Shown here: positions 1-13,202 of the stretch, one piece after another
Position numbering within the stretch: the stretch's first letter is position 1
Layout: each line of letters starts with the position of its first letter
Source of the DNA: Octopus vulgaris
Lineage: Eukaryota
Direction: 5' to 3'
DNA length: 64,000 bases
Assembly: GCA_951406725.2 (NCBI GenBank)
Contig: OX597829.1
Location: 55,738,001 to 55,802,000 of the forward strand
The notes under the pieces: generated by a model
What the model saw: only the letters and a program-made list of their open reading frames with translations
What the model was told of the DNA's origin: nothing
The model's database searches: none
Made by a program: the position numbers and the translations under genes

Positions 1-148
1 TCTGCCTACCAAATCCACTCACAAAGCTTTGGTCAGCCCGATGTTATAGTAGAAGACACTTGCACCAAAGTATCTCGCAATGGGACCGAACCCGGAACCA
101 TGTGGCTGTGAAGCAAGCTTCTTACCACTCAGCTACACTTGCGCCCAT
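1..148 (-). mobile_element. tRNA-derived SINE, family A, 5' head
   Basis: Reverse complement matches the head at 2773 (GGCGCAGGAGAGGCTGTGTGGTAAG...GGTTCCGGGTTCAGTCCC) with pol III A/B-box-like motifs. Confidence 0.8.
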
Positions 149-787
149 ATGATGATTGATATATTAGTATTTGATTCGGACAATGCCGTCAGCTTCGTTC
201 TCTGGATCCCAGTCCGCTTTCCCAAATGTCTGCATTTTCATTTTGCTGTTTAGCTGTCACATAATACACAAGAATGCTTCCTTCAATGATTTGGCTATTC
301 CTCCATCAGCTGATAGCAGAAACCCTTAATTTTTGGAAGGGGAAATGGCAGTTCCAATTTAACTGGGTCTATCGACCACTCTCTGTACCCCCTTACATCT
401 TTTCTGCGATGTTTAAAAGCCTGTATGTATTCTATTGGAGTGCCCGATAAAGGCCAGGAAACTACACTCTTTCGTTCACTCACCGTTTATTGTAATCATA
501 CACACACTCGCCCTTCTAACATTATCAGTTGTGTATCTTCTTTCCTGCCATTCCGTTCATTTTGCTTGATAAACCGACGAACTGCAGGAGAAACTCCAGA
601 GTTACACCAACTGAACAAATGAAATAAATCATCTTCTACCATGGCATCTACTACATCTTCTAATGTTCTTTAATAGCAAGAGGGCTCACGTGTCTTTGTG
701 AGTGTTTGTGTATGTCATAATCGAAGCTGAATTACTTTTGTACTTATCGACAGAAGTACTTTTGAACTTCCTATCTATGTAGCGAAT

Positions 788-985
788 AAGGCAGCGAGCT
801 GGCAAAATGGTTGTTAGCACACCGGACAAAATGTTTAGCGGCATTTCTTCCGGTCTTACGTTCTGAGTTAAAATTCCGGCGAGGTTGACTTTGCCTTTCA
901 TCCTTTCGGGGTCAATTTAATAAGTACCAGTTATGCACTGTGGTCTATGTAATAGACTTACCTTCTCCTCCAAAATTTTAGGACT
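788..985 (+). mobile_element. tRNA-derived SINE, family B
   Basis: GGCAGCGAGCTGGCA...GAGGTTGACTTTGCCTTTCATCCTTTCGGGGTC...AAGTACCAG. More than 10 related copies in the window. Confidence 0.8.
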
Positions 986-1090
986 TACCCTCTCTTCCAA
1001 AATATCTATAACAACTTTATCTATGGCTGTCAGTTTGTCTGTCTATCTGTCTGTCTCTCTCTTTCTCTCTCTCCCTAAACATGTGTGTGT

Positions 1091-1126
<36 letters not shown>

Positions 1127-1167
1127 CTTGTATGGAGTTCTATTTCATCTTATTCCACCAAAACCTA

Positions 1168-2022
1168 CGAGGTGGTACCCAAAAGTTCCCAAACTAGTTC
1201 TGTAGCGCACCAACAGATGGCAGCACACGGTTGCATGCGCTGCGAGAGCTAGCAGTGACCTTCATGACGTAGTCTGACGAGTGACATCACTGTGTTTACT
1301 TCCCAATTTGTGAAATTTGTGTTGTGTGTTTTTAGATCACGAGTATGCTGTAGTCTGCGATTTTGTCATGGACAAGAACAAAGAGCCAATGTGACATCTT
1401 GCGTTAAACTTGGGAAGCCTGCAAAAGAGGCACTGAGCTTGCTTTCGCAAGTTTACAGCGACGAGGCAATGGGTTATACGCAATGATTCGAGTGGTACGA
1501 GCGCTTCAAAAGCGGAAGATCGTCCCTGAAAAACAATGAGCGATCTGGGAAGTGGCAGAGTGCATCTAGGATTCTTCCTGCATGGCCAGACCGTCAATCG
1601 AGAGTTCTACTACGACGTTTCGAAGCGTCTGAGGGAAGACATTCGGAGAAAGCGATCGGATCTGTGGAGCGCGAAGAATCAGATTCTTCACGACCACTCT
1701 CCTCACTCGTGAGTTCCTCACCAAAGACAACATGGTATCACTTCCACACCCACCCAATTCGCCAGATTTAACACCAGCAGACTTCCATCTCTTCCCCTAG
1801 ATGAAATGGCAGCTGAAAGGACGCCGTTTTAACACCGTTGTTGAGATCTAGAGCGAATTGCAGAAGTTCCTAGACTCACGGAAAACGACATCCAGGGCCA
1901 ATTCCAAAAGTGGTAGAAATGCTGAAGCAGGTGTATTGCTCTGCTGCGCAAGATGGCTATTTCAAACGAGATGATGCTAAAACTAAAGCAAATAGCTTAT
2001 TTTTTATTTATATACCACCTCG
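1168..2022 (+). mobile_element. Internally deleted Tc1/mariner (mariner-type) transposon with a pseudogenised transposase
   Basis: TA|CGAGGTGGTA...TACCACCTCG|TA terminal inverted repeat with TA flanks. Fragments EQRANVTSCVKLGKPAKEAL...FEWYERFKSGR (HTH) and LPHPPNSPDLTPADFHLFP (YSPDLAP-D motif), with stops and frameshifts. Confidence 0.9.
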
Positions 2023-2046
2023 TATATAGTGATAAGCATATATATA

Positions 2047-2077
<31 letters not shown>

Positions 2078-2087
2078 AAGACATAAA

Positions 2088-2131
<44 letters not shown>

Positions 2132-2194
2132 GACACATACACACACACACATATATGTGTGTATATTTATATATAAATATATATCCAATTTGTT

Positions 2195-2440
2195 TGCTCG
2201 AGGTTTCAATTCCTAATCTGGGTGGTGTGTTGTGTTCTTGAGCAAAATACTTCATCTTACGTTGCTCTGCGATCATTTGGACACCTGACCTATGGTACAC
2301 TGTTCACCTGCCCAGGTAATGTTGATTTGATGGACTGAGTGAACTAATGTACAACACATACATTTGATCACAATAAACAAATCATTTGCTCAGGTCATTA
2401 GGCAAGAAATTGCAGAACACCTTTCTCAGACTGCGATAGA
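2195..2440 (+). mobile_element. Degenerate tRNA/CORE-like SINE fragment
   Basis: GGTTTCAATTCC B-box-like motif followed by TTGTGTTCTTGAGCAAAATACTT, similar to the SINE body at 55170. Confidence 0.4.
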
Positions 2441-2454
2441 CTACCATCTCTCTC

Positions 2455-2511
<57 letters not shown>

Positions 2512-2772
2512 TACACAGAACACCCCCTACACACTCATCCAATATTCCACACACATACACTGAAGTATAAAAGAGTTTTGTAACGAATTCTTGATAGAGT
2601 ATCAAAATTTCTTAGGTTAAAAGTTATTTATTGCACAGAAAAACAGAATCATTAAAAAAAAGTAGAATAACAAGAATCTTTATGAAGAAAGTTTGTCACT
2701 TCCTGTTTTTTACAGAAGAATTTTGTATCTAATTAATAGTTTTTAATCTAAGAAAAATATCTTTACATACAT

Positions 2773-3068
2773 AGGCGCAGGAGAGGCTGTGTGGTAAGTA
2801 GCTTGCTTACCAACCACATGGTTCCGGGTTCAGTCCCACTGTGTGTCACCTTTGGCAAGTGTTTTCTACTAAAGCTTTGGGCCAACCAAAGCCTTGTGAG
2901 TGGATTTGGTAGACGGAAACTGAAAGAAGCCCGTCGGCAAAAGAGACCGATAGAATAAGTACTAGACTTACGAAAAATAAGTTCTGGGGTCGATTTGCTC
3001 AACTAAAGGCAGTGCTCCAGCATGGCCTCAGTCAAATGACTGAAACAAGTAAAATAGTAAAATAGTAA
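2773..3068 (+). mobile_element. SINE family A, head fused directly to tail (central part deleted)
   Basis: Head ...AAGAAGCCCGTCG joined to GCAAAAGAGACCGATAGAATAAG...CAAATGACTGAAACAAG. Compare the longer copies at 33232 and 55470. Confidence 0.85.
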
Positions 3069-3166
3069 TACAAATATACATACATATGCATACACACATG
3101 CATGCATACAGACATACACACACACACATATATATATATAATTCTCAAATCTCTGAATGACAATAG

Positions 3167-3301
<135 letters not shown>

Positions 3302-3582
3302 GCTGTCTATATATATATATAGTGATATACAATATAATATACATGATATGCATAGATATGTAAGTATGAACCTATATATCTATCCATATATATATATGTG
3401 TGTGTGTGTGTATGAAGTTATGTATCGACTTGCACATTCACACACACACACACACACATATATATAGATAGATAGATACATAGATACATAGATATATGAT
3501 ATGTATGTAATTATATATATTATAGGCGTAAATTTGTATGTATATATGTATGTATCTATATATCTATCTATCTAAATCTTTT

Positions 3583-3655
<73 letters not shown>

Positions 3656-3659
<4 letters not shown>

Positions 3660-3894
3660 CATAAGGGACTAAAGCCATCTGAATATGGCTAGGGACAGGG
3701 CAGGGTGGTGGGGGTGTTACTGTTGCATTTAGCCCCAGGCGAACATCGACGTCGCCAGTCGATGTTCGCCTGGGGCTAAATGCAACAGTAACACCCCCAC
3801 CACCCTGCCCTGTCCCTAGCCATATTCAGATGGCTTTAGTCCCTTATGTTATCGAGCAGTTACTGTCTATATCTCTTTTAGAGAATTATTATTG

Positions 3895-3895
<1 letters not shown>
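3656..3895. repeat. Perfect fold-back palindrome (95-bp arms, 7-nt loop) plus a 43-nt tail, inside (TA)n
   Basis: 3656-3750 is the reverse complement of 3758-3852, followed by unique 3853-3895. (TA)n on both sides. Confidence 0.9.
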
Positions 3896-3943
<48 letters not shown>

Positions 3944-4013
3944 AGTCAAACGCTTTTGTGGCTATACATGTATGTTTTATGTATGTCAGTATGTCCATAT
4001 GTATGTATATAAT

Positions 4014-4062
<49 letters not shown>

Positions 4063-4229
4063 ATATACATATAGGTATGTATGTGTGTGTGTATAAATAT
4101 ATGTGTATGTAAAAACATATATGTATATATACACGTTGACAAACGTATATAGACACACCAGCACACACACACACATACACACATACACGCACACACACAA
4201 ACAAACACACACACACACACACACATATA

Positions 4230-4507
4230 AGCAGAGTGTTGCCGTGCTTTCTATATGCGCAGGTGTAGCTGAGAAACGGTCGTGACTCAGCTGATGTGTA
4301 AAAGTGTTTGTCAGTTTCTGATGGCAGAAGGCAGCTGAAATTATTATATGTATTCTAATTTGTAATGTACTCAATCTAATAAGAAACACCTCTTTTGTTT
4401 TTTTTTGTTTTTTTTTGTGTGTTTTTGTTTTACATCAACTGTCACGACCTTTTCTGGGGCACAGCTACCTGTGCACACGTACGTCATTGGCACAATGACA
4501 TAGACAC

Positions 4508-4544
<37 letters not shown>

Positions 4545-4833
4545 AGCGGGGAGGTTGCGCGCATACGTACAAGCACTTGCTTTAATCTGTTGCTGTTGGA
4601 TGCAAATAAATATTCGCGCATGCGAATCACACACACACACACACACACACACGCGCGCAGACACGGCACACGCACGCGCGCAATCAAGCAGACATTTGTA
4701 TGTATGTGTATGTGTATGTGTATGTGTGTGTTTGTGCGTGTTTGTGTTTATGTACGTGTAGACATACACGCATCATGCACACATGCATTGTGTTGCTGTT
4801 ATAAATATTTTGAAACAAACGGATATTAACGCG

Positions 4834-4881
<48 letters not shown>

Positions 4882-5275
4882 ATTTATTTATTTATGTATT
4901 TATTTATTTATATAGGTGTGTTGCTGTTTGTTTGCAAACACGTAACAACTCACATCTACATATACATATACATTTATATTGACAGATATACATAGACACT
5001 TGTACTAATATTTTGGTGTCAATAAAATGGTTAGAACCAAACTCAATGTGACAACAACAACAACAACAACACACACACACACACACACACACACGCACGG
5101 ATATACAGATACACAGATACGCGTGCGCGCACCTCCATCACCTCGGAACGTCGTCCCAACTTTTTTTTTCTTCCTAATGACACAGGATGTAAGGTAATTG
5201 GATAAGTTTTATCAATTACCGATAAAAACGGCCACACTTGAAGAAACCTGGTTGGACAGTCATAATTGCTGAGAG

Positions 5276-5280
<5 letters not shown>
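4230..5280 (+). promoter_or_regulatory. Candidate eag promoter / upstream non-coding exon region
   Basis: Unique, CpG-richer islands between microsatellites 1-2 kb upstream of the acceptor. Contains TGACTCA, CAGCTG E-boxes, TACGTCA and a possible donor AAG|GTAATT near 5193. Motifs only. Confidence 0.3.
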
Positions 5281-5356
<76 letters not shown>

Positions 5357-5376
5357 GAGAGAGAGAGACAGAGAGA

Positions 5377-5417
<41 letters not shown>

Positions 5418-5713
5418 TTTTTTTTTTTAACCGAAGCAACTAACTTTCCATTGTTGTCTTCGCCACTCCACTGCTTATAGCAACTATTACTAACAAATGC
5501 CGTAACGACAACTGCAATAACAACAACAAGAACACCACCACCAACAGCAGCAGCAGCAGTAGCAGCAGCGGCAGCAGCAGTAGCAGCAGTCACAACAATA
5601 ACAAGAAGTGTAGCAACGGCAATAGTAACAGCAACAACTGCTCGGAAAACAATTGATGCAGCAAGAGCAACGTCCCGATAACAATAAAAAAATAAAAAAT
5701 AAATAAATAAATA

Positions 5714-5748
<35 letters not shown>

Positions 5749-5751
5749 CCT

Positions 5752-5787
<36 letters not shown>

Positions 5788-5885
5788 GTGTAGCAATGAG
5801 AGAGTTAAAAAACAACAAGAAAAAAGTAAAAAGCAAAACGATACAAAACAATTATGAACGAGCACCACGACGGCGATAATGACGG

Positions 5886-5917
<32 letters not shown>

Positions 5918-6160
5918 GCAAACAACAACAACAACAACAACAACAACAGCAACAGCAACAACAACAACAACAACAACCACTTTAATTAACTCTGCTGTAT
6001 TTGTAACATTTACCTCTTTTATAATACATCAGTGAGAACATCATTGCTGCTGCTGTTCTTGTTGCACAACCAACGCAATCACCACCACCACCACCACACT
6101 ATCAGCATCAGCATCATCAGCATCACCACCACCACCACCACCACCGCTACTGCTGCTGTT
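5278..6160. repeat. (GA)n, (CAG)n, (CAA)n and (CAC)n low-complexity tracts
   Basis: Direct reading. Confidence 0.9.
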
Positions 6161-6312
6161 ATTATATATCCACCTCCAGTACACCTTTATCGTCTCTTCG
6201 TCACTTTCACGTCCTACCTCTAACTCCACCACGTCCATTATATCAAGTAGTCATCCTCCTGTTTTTCACTCAATCGATTCTACTATTTTTTTCTCTTTTG
6301 TTCCTTTTACAG

Positions 6313-6483
6313 TTCACCTCTTACTCTTGCTTTATCACCTGTCGGTTCAGACCCTCTACACCTATAAAAGGACTGCTATCTTTCTAACTAACTAGAAACA
6401 TTAGAACTGCCAGTCGGCGGTCAGCTCTTTTTAGTTCTCCACTGACAAGCCGCTAAAAGCAGAGAATATTTTTGTTGGATACA
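6313..6483 (+). other. eag: 5' UTR part of the eag ATG-containing exon
   Basis: Polypyrimidine tract and acceptor TTTTTTCTCTTTTGTTCCTTTTACAG end at 6312. This implies an exon at 6313-6562 and an upstream non-coding exon. Confidence 0.6.
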
Positions 6484-6562
6484 ATGCCAGGAGCAAGACG
6501 TGGACTCGTCGCCCCGCAGAATACCTTTTTGGAGAATATTATCAGGCGGTCAAACGGACAAC
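6484..6562 (+). CDS. eag: First coding exon of an ether-a-go-go family voltage-gated K+ channel (EAG/KCNH1-5-like; PAS-cap)
   Basis: ATG at 6484 gives [26 protein letters not shown] plus 1 nt, nearly identical to the Drosophila EAG N-terminus as I recall it ([26 protein letters not shown]). It ends at a canonical C|GTAAGT donor (6563), phase 1. Too short for the ORF track. Confidence 0.95.
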
Positions 6563-7087
6563 GTAAGTAATTACTATATCTTTATCGTTTCACCTGTCTT
6601 CCTTCGATGGCTATATCATTATAACATGGATGAATTAATATCTAAACCAACCCCGAGTTTCCATTTACTGATTTATCCTTGAAATTCGATAGCTTCATTT
6701 TTACTAATCACTTTTATGCTTCTTTCAATAAAGTGTCATTTATTTTTTATAACATTCACCATCCGAGTGGACAGTTATATAATTAATCAAAACACTCGCA
6801 CACACACACACACACACACTTGTGGGCACATACGTCTATGTGGACACATCTTATGAAATCGTACTTTTTACTTTATAGAAAGTTACAAAATTATACGTTC
6901 ACTTACATCAAACAATATATTTACCTGTTGGATAAACATATAGCCATAATGATATACATTACAAACGTACGCGTTTATATACATGCATGTTTACATGCTA
7001 TGGTCTATATAATCTTTTGTATCATTTTATTATATACTTATACACAGTTCAACACTCTCTTCTCTTTCTCTCTCACTTTGTCTCTTT

Positions 7088-7131
<44 letters not shown>

Positions 7132-7268
7132 AATAGTAAGATTTCAATAGATTTTCAATATGAAAGAAATATTGACATATATATACATATGCTTTTACAA
7201 ACACACAGTAAACTATCTATCTATCTATATAATTATATGCACACACACCCATAAAAAAGTAAAGTAAT

Positions 7269-7351
<83 letters not shown>

Positions 7352-7574
7352 TATTACTTTACATTTGTGTGTATATACACGTACATATATATATATGTAT
7401 ATGTATGTGTGTATATGTGTGTGTGTGTACAAATACGTATATATGTAAACATATCCATATCTATGCATATAAATATGAGGATATAGTTTTATATATATAT
7501 ATATTTCCACTGACACATTCATACATAGACATCTACATGCATAGTCATTTATTCATATATACAAAATACATACA

Positions 7575-7644
<70 letters not shown>

Positions 7645-8242
7645 CATATATATATATATGTATATAAACACATACACACACGTACACATATACACGCTCA
7701 TACATATTTGCGCGTGTATGTATCTATGTTTGTGTTTATTAACAGATAATTTTCTGTTTTAACTTTTCTGTTATTGAAAATGAGATTATGTTATATTCAT
7801 CTTTTCTTATTCTCAAATTACGATTATTTCATAGTGGTCCATTAAAGTTAAGAGCATCTCTGACTTATCCCCAGCATAACAAGATATACCTGCGAATTGT
7901 CATCGTTTAATTGCAGATAAAAATCAAAGAAACGATATTGTTTCCGTTCCTAAGTTAAAGATTTCTAACGTTGATTTGTTTTTGACCGGACGCTGACACC
8001 AGTTTTCTTTCCGTAATCAGAAAATACACTAACCGTGGTGCCCAGCGCTGGTTTGTCCCTGAGGCCCTTATTTAAGGGTTTAGTCTCTGTTAGACCCTAC
8101 TATTGACACAGTTTGCATAATTAAATTTCCTTGCGATTTTTGTTTCTTTAATTATTTTACATTGGAAGTTTTTTTTAGTGTGGTGTAACAAAGTTATTAT
8201 AACAGTATATTGTAGATGCATAGTCGAATGATTAGAAATGAC

Positions 8243-8325
8243 ATACACATACATACATACATACATACATACATACATACATACATACATACAGACGCAC
8301 ATACATACATACATCCGTACATACA

Positions 8326-8359
<34 letters not shown>

Positions 8360-9180
8360 CATACATACATACATATATACATACATACATACATACATAC
8401 ATACATACATACATACATACATACATACATACATACATACATACATACATACATACATACATACATACATACATACATACACACATACATACATACATAC
8501 ATACATCCATCCATCCATCCAGCCAGCCATTCATCCATCCATACATGCATACATACATACATACATACATACACAAATACATACATACATACATACATGC
8601 ATACAAACATGCATACATACATACATACATACATACATACACACATACATACAAACATACATACATACATACATACATGCATACATACATATATACATAC
8701 ATACATACACACATACATACAAACATGCATACATACATACATACATACATACATACATACATACATACATACATACATACATACACACATACATACAAAC
8801 ATGCATACATACATACATACATGCATACATACATACACACATACATGCATACACACACACATACATACATACATACATACATACATACATGCATACATAC
8901 ATACATACATACATACATACACACATACATACATACACACACACATACATACATATATACATGCATACATGCATACATACATACATACATACATACATGC
9001 ATACAAACATAAATACATACATACATACATACATACATACATAAATACACTGCCATATATACATACATACACGCATACATGTTGTATATACATAAATTAC
9101 ATACATACATACATACACACACACGTACATGTATAACATACATCCACACATACATGCATGCGTACATGCATACATAAATG
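8243..9180. repeat. (TACA)n microsatellite array
   Basis: Direct reading. Confidence 0.95.
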
Positions 9181-9396
9181 CATAAGTATGATCAACATAA
9201 TAGTTATAATCTTTAGTTTTACAACTTTCATATGTGCATATCTAAGGGTTGCAATATCGACCATCCGAAAAGTGACTTTGACCAGATAAGACCAAGAAAA
9301 TACCCAAACACGCCTTTCAGAAATGTAAAAGCCGAAATATGTTTGAAGTTATCTGTACCTAAGGGGCTTCAAAAAACATAAGCAGATTCTGCATAA

Positions 9397-9512
<116 letters not shown>

Positions 9513-9649
9513 GACACACACAAACACACACATTGACACATACATATATGTACAAACCTTCATACATATGTATGTGTATACGCATTTATATACATATATA
9601 TATAAGTATATATATGTGTGTGTGTATGTGTGTATATATGTATATATGT

Positions 9650-9693
<44 letters not shown>

Positions 9694-9867
9694 TAAGAAA
9701 GTTTGTTTGGTAAAGCACGTGGGTGAATATATAAGAAAATAGTAAAGTGTGAAAAAACGACAGAAGGCTTAAATGTTAAAAGATATATATATTTGTGTCA
9801 AAATGTCTGGAGAATATTGGAAAAATTTTTTTCCTTTCCTTAAAATGACATAATTTTTAAATTTTTA

Positions 9868-9907
9868 AAGAAATTACCGGTTTCGCGTGTAGCTTTTCAA
9901 ATTTCTT
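9868..9907 (-). ncRNA. Mirror copy of the minimal hammerhead ribozyme
   Basis: Reverse complement of 12119-12158. Confidence 0.8.
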
Positions 9908-10043
9908 GTGACGTTATGTTTATATTGCATGGATTTATCGTTGTTTTTATTTCCAGGAGATTTCTAAATAAGGGGAGGTAGTGAGTGATTTTTTCCGGTG
10001 TAGGGGAGATAATCGCTTAAAAAATTTTTTTCCCATTTCCTTG

Positions 10044-10515
10044 TTAATTTCTCTGTGTCAGTATGTTCGGATGGTTGAGTCTGGGTTTGTACTTTTCAAT
10101 GAAGAATGTTTCCTTGTTCAGTCTCATTTGTGTTGATGATCCGAAAGCACATTGGTAAAATGGGAAGATTAAAAATTGTGGCAGTAGTTGCTTTGCGCAT
10201 TTCTCAATGTGCTCACTAAAAGGTATCATTCTATATTCTGGGAATGCAATCTGTTGTCGATGCAGTGTGCATCTGCGCCTGAGTGATAGTCCCGTGGAAC
10301 CCACGTAGTCTTGGTGGCAGCCCGAGCATTTAATAACATAAATTATGTTTTCAGAGGCACAAGTAAAGTTAGATTTGATCTTAAATTTCTGTCCTTCTTT
10401 AAAGAAGAATTCTGATCCTTCCAATAGGTTAGGACATGTTGCACAGTTCGATCTACCACATTTTTTTACTTTTGCATCCGTAATTTTAGAAGACAATTTT
10501 GCCTTTGTGAGAATC
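10044..10515 (-). pseudogene. PLE Cys-rich linker plus GIY-YIG endonuclease (out of frame with RT by 1 nt)
   Basis: KKCGRSNCATC linker, NIIYVIKCSGCHQDYVGST (GIY-CxxC-YIG), RRRCTLHRQ...SEH (CCHH), RLNKETFFIEKY...LN. Confidence 0.9.
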
Positions 10516-11652
10516 TTTTAAGTGATTTAGGCTGTTTGTAGCTTTTAATGATTTGGTGTATGTTTAGAATTTCCCTTAATTTTGGGTTTTTATGAAGTAT
10601 TGGTAAATTCTGGGTGATGATGGTGAAGGCTTCTTTGTTTCTGGGGTTGTATGTAGATATGTAAGGTAGTATTTTCGGGGAAGGTGTGTTGTTGTGTTGA
10701 ACTTTTCTTAAAGTTTCTATGTTGATTTCTGTTGCACGTCTGATCCCATCCTCTATGAGTTGAGCTGGGTAATGTCTGTCAATTAGGGTGTTTTTGAGTT
10801 CTTGCAGTCTAAAGTTCCTGGTATTTTGTTCTGACACTATTGTGCATATCCTTCTTGCAAGGTTGAAGGGTATGTTTGTTTTAGTGTGTCTTGGGTGGCA
10901 TGAATTAAAAAGAAGGTATTGTTTGGCGTCTGTGGCTTTGTAAAAAATGTCTGTTTCTATTTTAAGGTTAATTTTTTTAATTAGTATATCCAAGAACGGG
11001 AGCTCCTTTTGGTTGTATTCCATTGTGAACTGTATATTTGGGTTTATGCTGTTCAATAGGTTTTTAAATTTTAGGAGTTTATCTATGTTTTCATTCCAGA
11101 GAATGAAACAATCGTCTAGGAATCGTTTCCAATTCTCTTTTATGTATTGAGAGAGGGAGTTTCCAAAGATTGATAGAGATTCCTGGTAAATGATTATTTC
11201 CATGTATCCCATTGTTAAGTTCGCAATGACTGGTGCTGCCCTTGTACCCATAGCAATTCCGGATTTTTGACGGTAAAATGTATTGTCAAACATGAAGTGG
11301 TTATTGTGTAGGATGAATTCAATTGATTTAGTAATGAATTCCTTACTGATCCTTTTTGGTATTTCTTCCGGAAATTGGTCTAACCAGAATTGTATTGCCT
11401 CCAGTCCATAATTATGAGGTATACTGGTATACAAGTTGACTACATCAAATGAAACCAGGATTGTTTCTTCCTTGGTTTTTTTTGGAAGGTGGTTTAACAT
11501 ATCTAAGTCATCTCTGATATGGCTATCGATATGTTTAAGGAAGGGTTTCAAGAGGATGTCCATAAGTAGACTTAGTCTGTGTGTTTCACAGGTTGGGCCA
11601 GCTACAATGGGTCGTAGTTTTAGGTCCCCCGGATTAGGTGTGTGTATGTATG
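10466..11652 (-). pseudogene. PLE reverse transcriptase, 5'-truncated
   Basis: Motifs LRPIVAG (in frame upstream of the annotated Met), LVSFDVVNLYTSIP, SGIAMGTRAAPVIANL, WKRFLDDCF, LPFLDILI, YLLFNSCHP. Open from the truncation junction to a frameshift near 10516. Confidence 0.92.
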
Positions 11653-12118
11653 TCTAACTTTACTTGTGCCTCTGAAAACATAATTTATGTTATTAAATGC
11701 TCGGGCTGCCACCAAGACTACGTGGGTTCCACGGGACTATCACTCAGGCGCAGATGCACACTGCATCGACAACAGATTGCATTCCCAGAATATAGAATGA
11801 TACCTTTTAGTGAGCACATTGAGAAATGCGCAAAGCAACTACTGCCACAATTTTTAATCTTCCCATTTTACCAATGTGCTTTCGGATCATCAACACAAAT
11901 GAGACTGAACAAGGAAACATTCTTCATTGAAAAGTACAAACCCAGACTCAACCATCCGAACATACTGACACAGAGAAATTAACAAGGAAATGGGAAAAAA
12001 ATTTTTTAAGCGATTATCTCCCCTACACCGGAAAAAATCACTCACTACCTCCCCTTATTTAGAAATCTCCTGGAAATAAAAACAACGATAAATCCATGCA
12101 ATATAAACATAACGTCAC

Positions 12119-12158
12119 AAGAAATTTGAAAAGCTACACGCGAAACCGGTAATTTCTT
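12119..12158 (+). ncRNA. Minimal type I hammerhead ribozyme, U3-A8 variant, in the PLE 3' region
   Basis: AAGAAAT-TTGAAAA-GC TACAC GC-GAAA-CCGG-TA-ATTTCTT: 7-bp stem I, 2-bp stem II, palindromic ACCGGT stem III, GUA cleavage triplet. Confidence 0.8.
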
Positions 12159-12760
12159 TAAAAATTTAAAAATTATGTCATTTTAAGGAAAGGAAAAAAA
12201 TTTTTCCAATATTCTCCAGACATTTTGACACAAATATATATATCTTTTAACATTTAAGCCTTCTGTCGTTTTTTCACACTTTACTATTTTCTTATATATA
12301 TATATATATATACATATATATACATACATACATACATACATACCTATATACATACATACATACATACATACATAAATACATACATAGATACATGCATACA
12401 AAGATCCGTACATGCATACATACATACATACATACATATATACATATATACATACATACATAAATACATACATACATACATGCATACAAAGATCCGTACA
12501 TGCATACATACATACATACATACATATAACATACATACAGATGCTACAAGTGTTGATCAGGGATACACTTTCGCGCCAAAGTACATTTTGAAATGTGAAC
12601 GTAATACTTTGGGAATACTTTATCTTGTTTTGTCAGGTGAGACCGACAGAGTTGTCTAAAAATATCGTTAATGTTGCATGATACAAGTTCATAAATTTTA
12701 AAACTGACTGATCTGCCTAGTTACGAAAGTAAAATAGTTTGCATGTATATAGAAAACGCA

Positions 12761-12853
<93 letters not shown>

Positions 12854-12854
12854 C

Positions 12855-12952
<98 letters not shown>

Positions 12953-12970
12953 AATCTATGTATCTGTATG

Positions 12971-13025
<55 letters not shown>

Positions 13026-13202
13026 GTGAGTGTGTCTGTGTGCAGATGTAGATATTTATACTTAAATATATAGAATTAGGGTTAGGGTACAAATGTATAT
13101 AAATACATACACACATACATTTAGATAGACATACGTATGTGCTTATAAATATATACTTATATATGCATATATATCACATATATATAGGTATATATTTATG
13201 TG

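Larger units (their letters stand above)
9691..12299 (-). mobile_element. Penelope-like retroelement (Neptune/Nematis-type architecture), 5'-truncated with an inverted 3'-end duplication (pseudo-LTR)
   Basis: RT and GIY-YIG ORFs on the minus strand. 11653-12299 is the reverse complement of 9727-10373. A 36-nt extension (9691-9726) is on one side only. Both ends abut (TA)n. Confidence 0.93.

Noticed and set aside
2773-2850. tRNA gene
   Set aside because: A SINE head with A/B boxes that continues into the SINE body; no full cloverleaf.
11638-11982. 114-aa + strand GIY-YIG ORF as a separate gene
   Set aside because: It is the inverted duplicate of the PLE 3' end, and its start comes from the junction sequence.
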